Positions 62,741-64,000 of a DNA stretch of 64,000 bases are shown one piece after another. Below the pieces are notes generated by a model, which did no database searches, was not told the DNA's origin, and saw only the letters and a list, made by a program, of their open reading frames with translations. The DNA comes from Malacoraja senta (lineage: Eukaryota): positions 124,001 through 188,000 of the forward strand of contig JAXLNO010000110.1 in assembly GCA_038087875.1 (NCBI GenBank). Direction: 5' to 3'. Position 1 is the stretch's first letter; each line of letters begins with the position of its first letter. Both the position numbers and the translations under genes were made by a program.

Positions 62741-64000
62741 GTTGACCGACTCGGCCGTGGCTGGGTGAATGATGAGTTGGCCAGGGTGCTGGACTGTATA
62801 CAAAGCCCAGCCGGCGCGCCAGCTGCGGAGTTTTGGCCCGGGCCGCGTGACGTCGCGCACAAAGTCCGGCACGCCATCCAACTCATGAACCGATGATGGG
62901 CCATGTCTCAGATGTAGTTTTCATAAGGTCATAAGTGATAGGAGCAGATTTAGGCCATCCGGCCCCATCAAGTCTACTCAGCCATTCAATGATGGCTGAT
63001 CTATCTCTCCCTCCCAACCCCATTCCCCTGCCTTCTCCCCGTAACCACCGACACCAGCACTAATCAAGAATCTATCTATCTATCTCTCTCAGCCTTAAAA
63101 ACATCCACTGACTTGGCTCCCACAGAAAGAATTCCACAGATTCACCACCATCTGGCTAAAGAAATGTCTCCTCATCTCCTTCCTAAAGGAACGGCCTTTA
63201 ATTCTGAGGCTGTGCCCTCTGGTCCTAGACATTCTCCACATCCACTCTATCCAGGCCTTTCACTATTTGGTAAGTTTCAATAAGTTGCCCACTCATCCTT
63301 CTAAACTCCAGCGAGTACAGGCCCAGTGCCGACAAACACACATTCAACCCATGTGTAGTTTTGAGTTGTGTTGATGAAACATTTGGCAGTGATTCCCTTT
63401 TGTTAAAACTAGTTTGGCAACTTGGTGACTCATTATTACTTTAGTCTTAGAAAATCCCTTAACTACCCCACTTGATAAGTTCCCACATAGGAGATTGGTG
63501 GGCAAAGTTAGGGCACATGGTATGGGGTGGTATGGGTAGAGTGCTGACATGGATAGAAAATTGGTTGTTATATACAGACCCCCAAACACCACTGTTAAAG
63601 AAGGAACTGCAGATGCTGGAAAATCGAAGGTACACAAAATGCTGGAGAAACTCAGCGGGTGCAGCAGCATCTATGGAGCGAAGGAAATAGGTAACGTTTA
63701 GGGTCTGAGAGAAGGGTTTCGGCCCGAAACGTTACCTATTTCCTTCGCTCCATAGATGCTGCTGCACCCGCTGAGTTTCTCCAGCATTTTTGTGTACCCA
63801 CCACTAATTGGTGTTATCTACAGACCCCAAATAGTAGCCCGGATGTAGGGTGTAAGTTACAGCAGGAGTTAAAACTGGCATGTAACAAAGGTAATTAATG
63901 CCACTGTGGTGATGGGGATTTCAATATGCAGGTAGACTGGGACAATCAGGTTGGTTCAGGACCCCAAGAAAGAGAGTTTGTAGAGTGCCTCCGAGATGGA

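Overview
Repeat-rich vertebrate genomic DNA, very probably a cartilaginous fish (skate/ray or shark), judged from HE1/V-SINE-like SINEs, abundant CR1 LINEs and Penelope elements. Two host genes lie on the minus strand. (1) A perforin-1-like MACPF gene with coding exons at 4933-4163 and 545-<1, a candidate non-coding first exon and promoter near 13.5 kb, and an unusual >=119-residue Ser-rich in-frame stretch inside the MACPF domain. (2) An S100-like gene (exons 30912-30775 and 28012-27855) whose second EF-hand is frameshifted and shortened. Most of the rest is transposable elements. These include an 18-kb nest (CR1 containing an L1-clade LINE with a 16-bp TSD, which contains a Rex1 LINE and a DIRS element, which in turn has a second DIRS inserted in its internal complementary region), a young Gypsy/Mag LTR element, a Penelope element with hammerhead-like motifs, and two hAT-like TIR elements with shared ends but different cargo, one carrying TDP2 exon 1. 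There is a 200-N gap at 56055-56254. All family assignments come from motif recognition by eye; no database searches were run.
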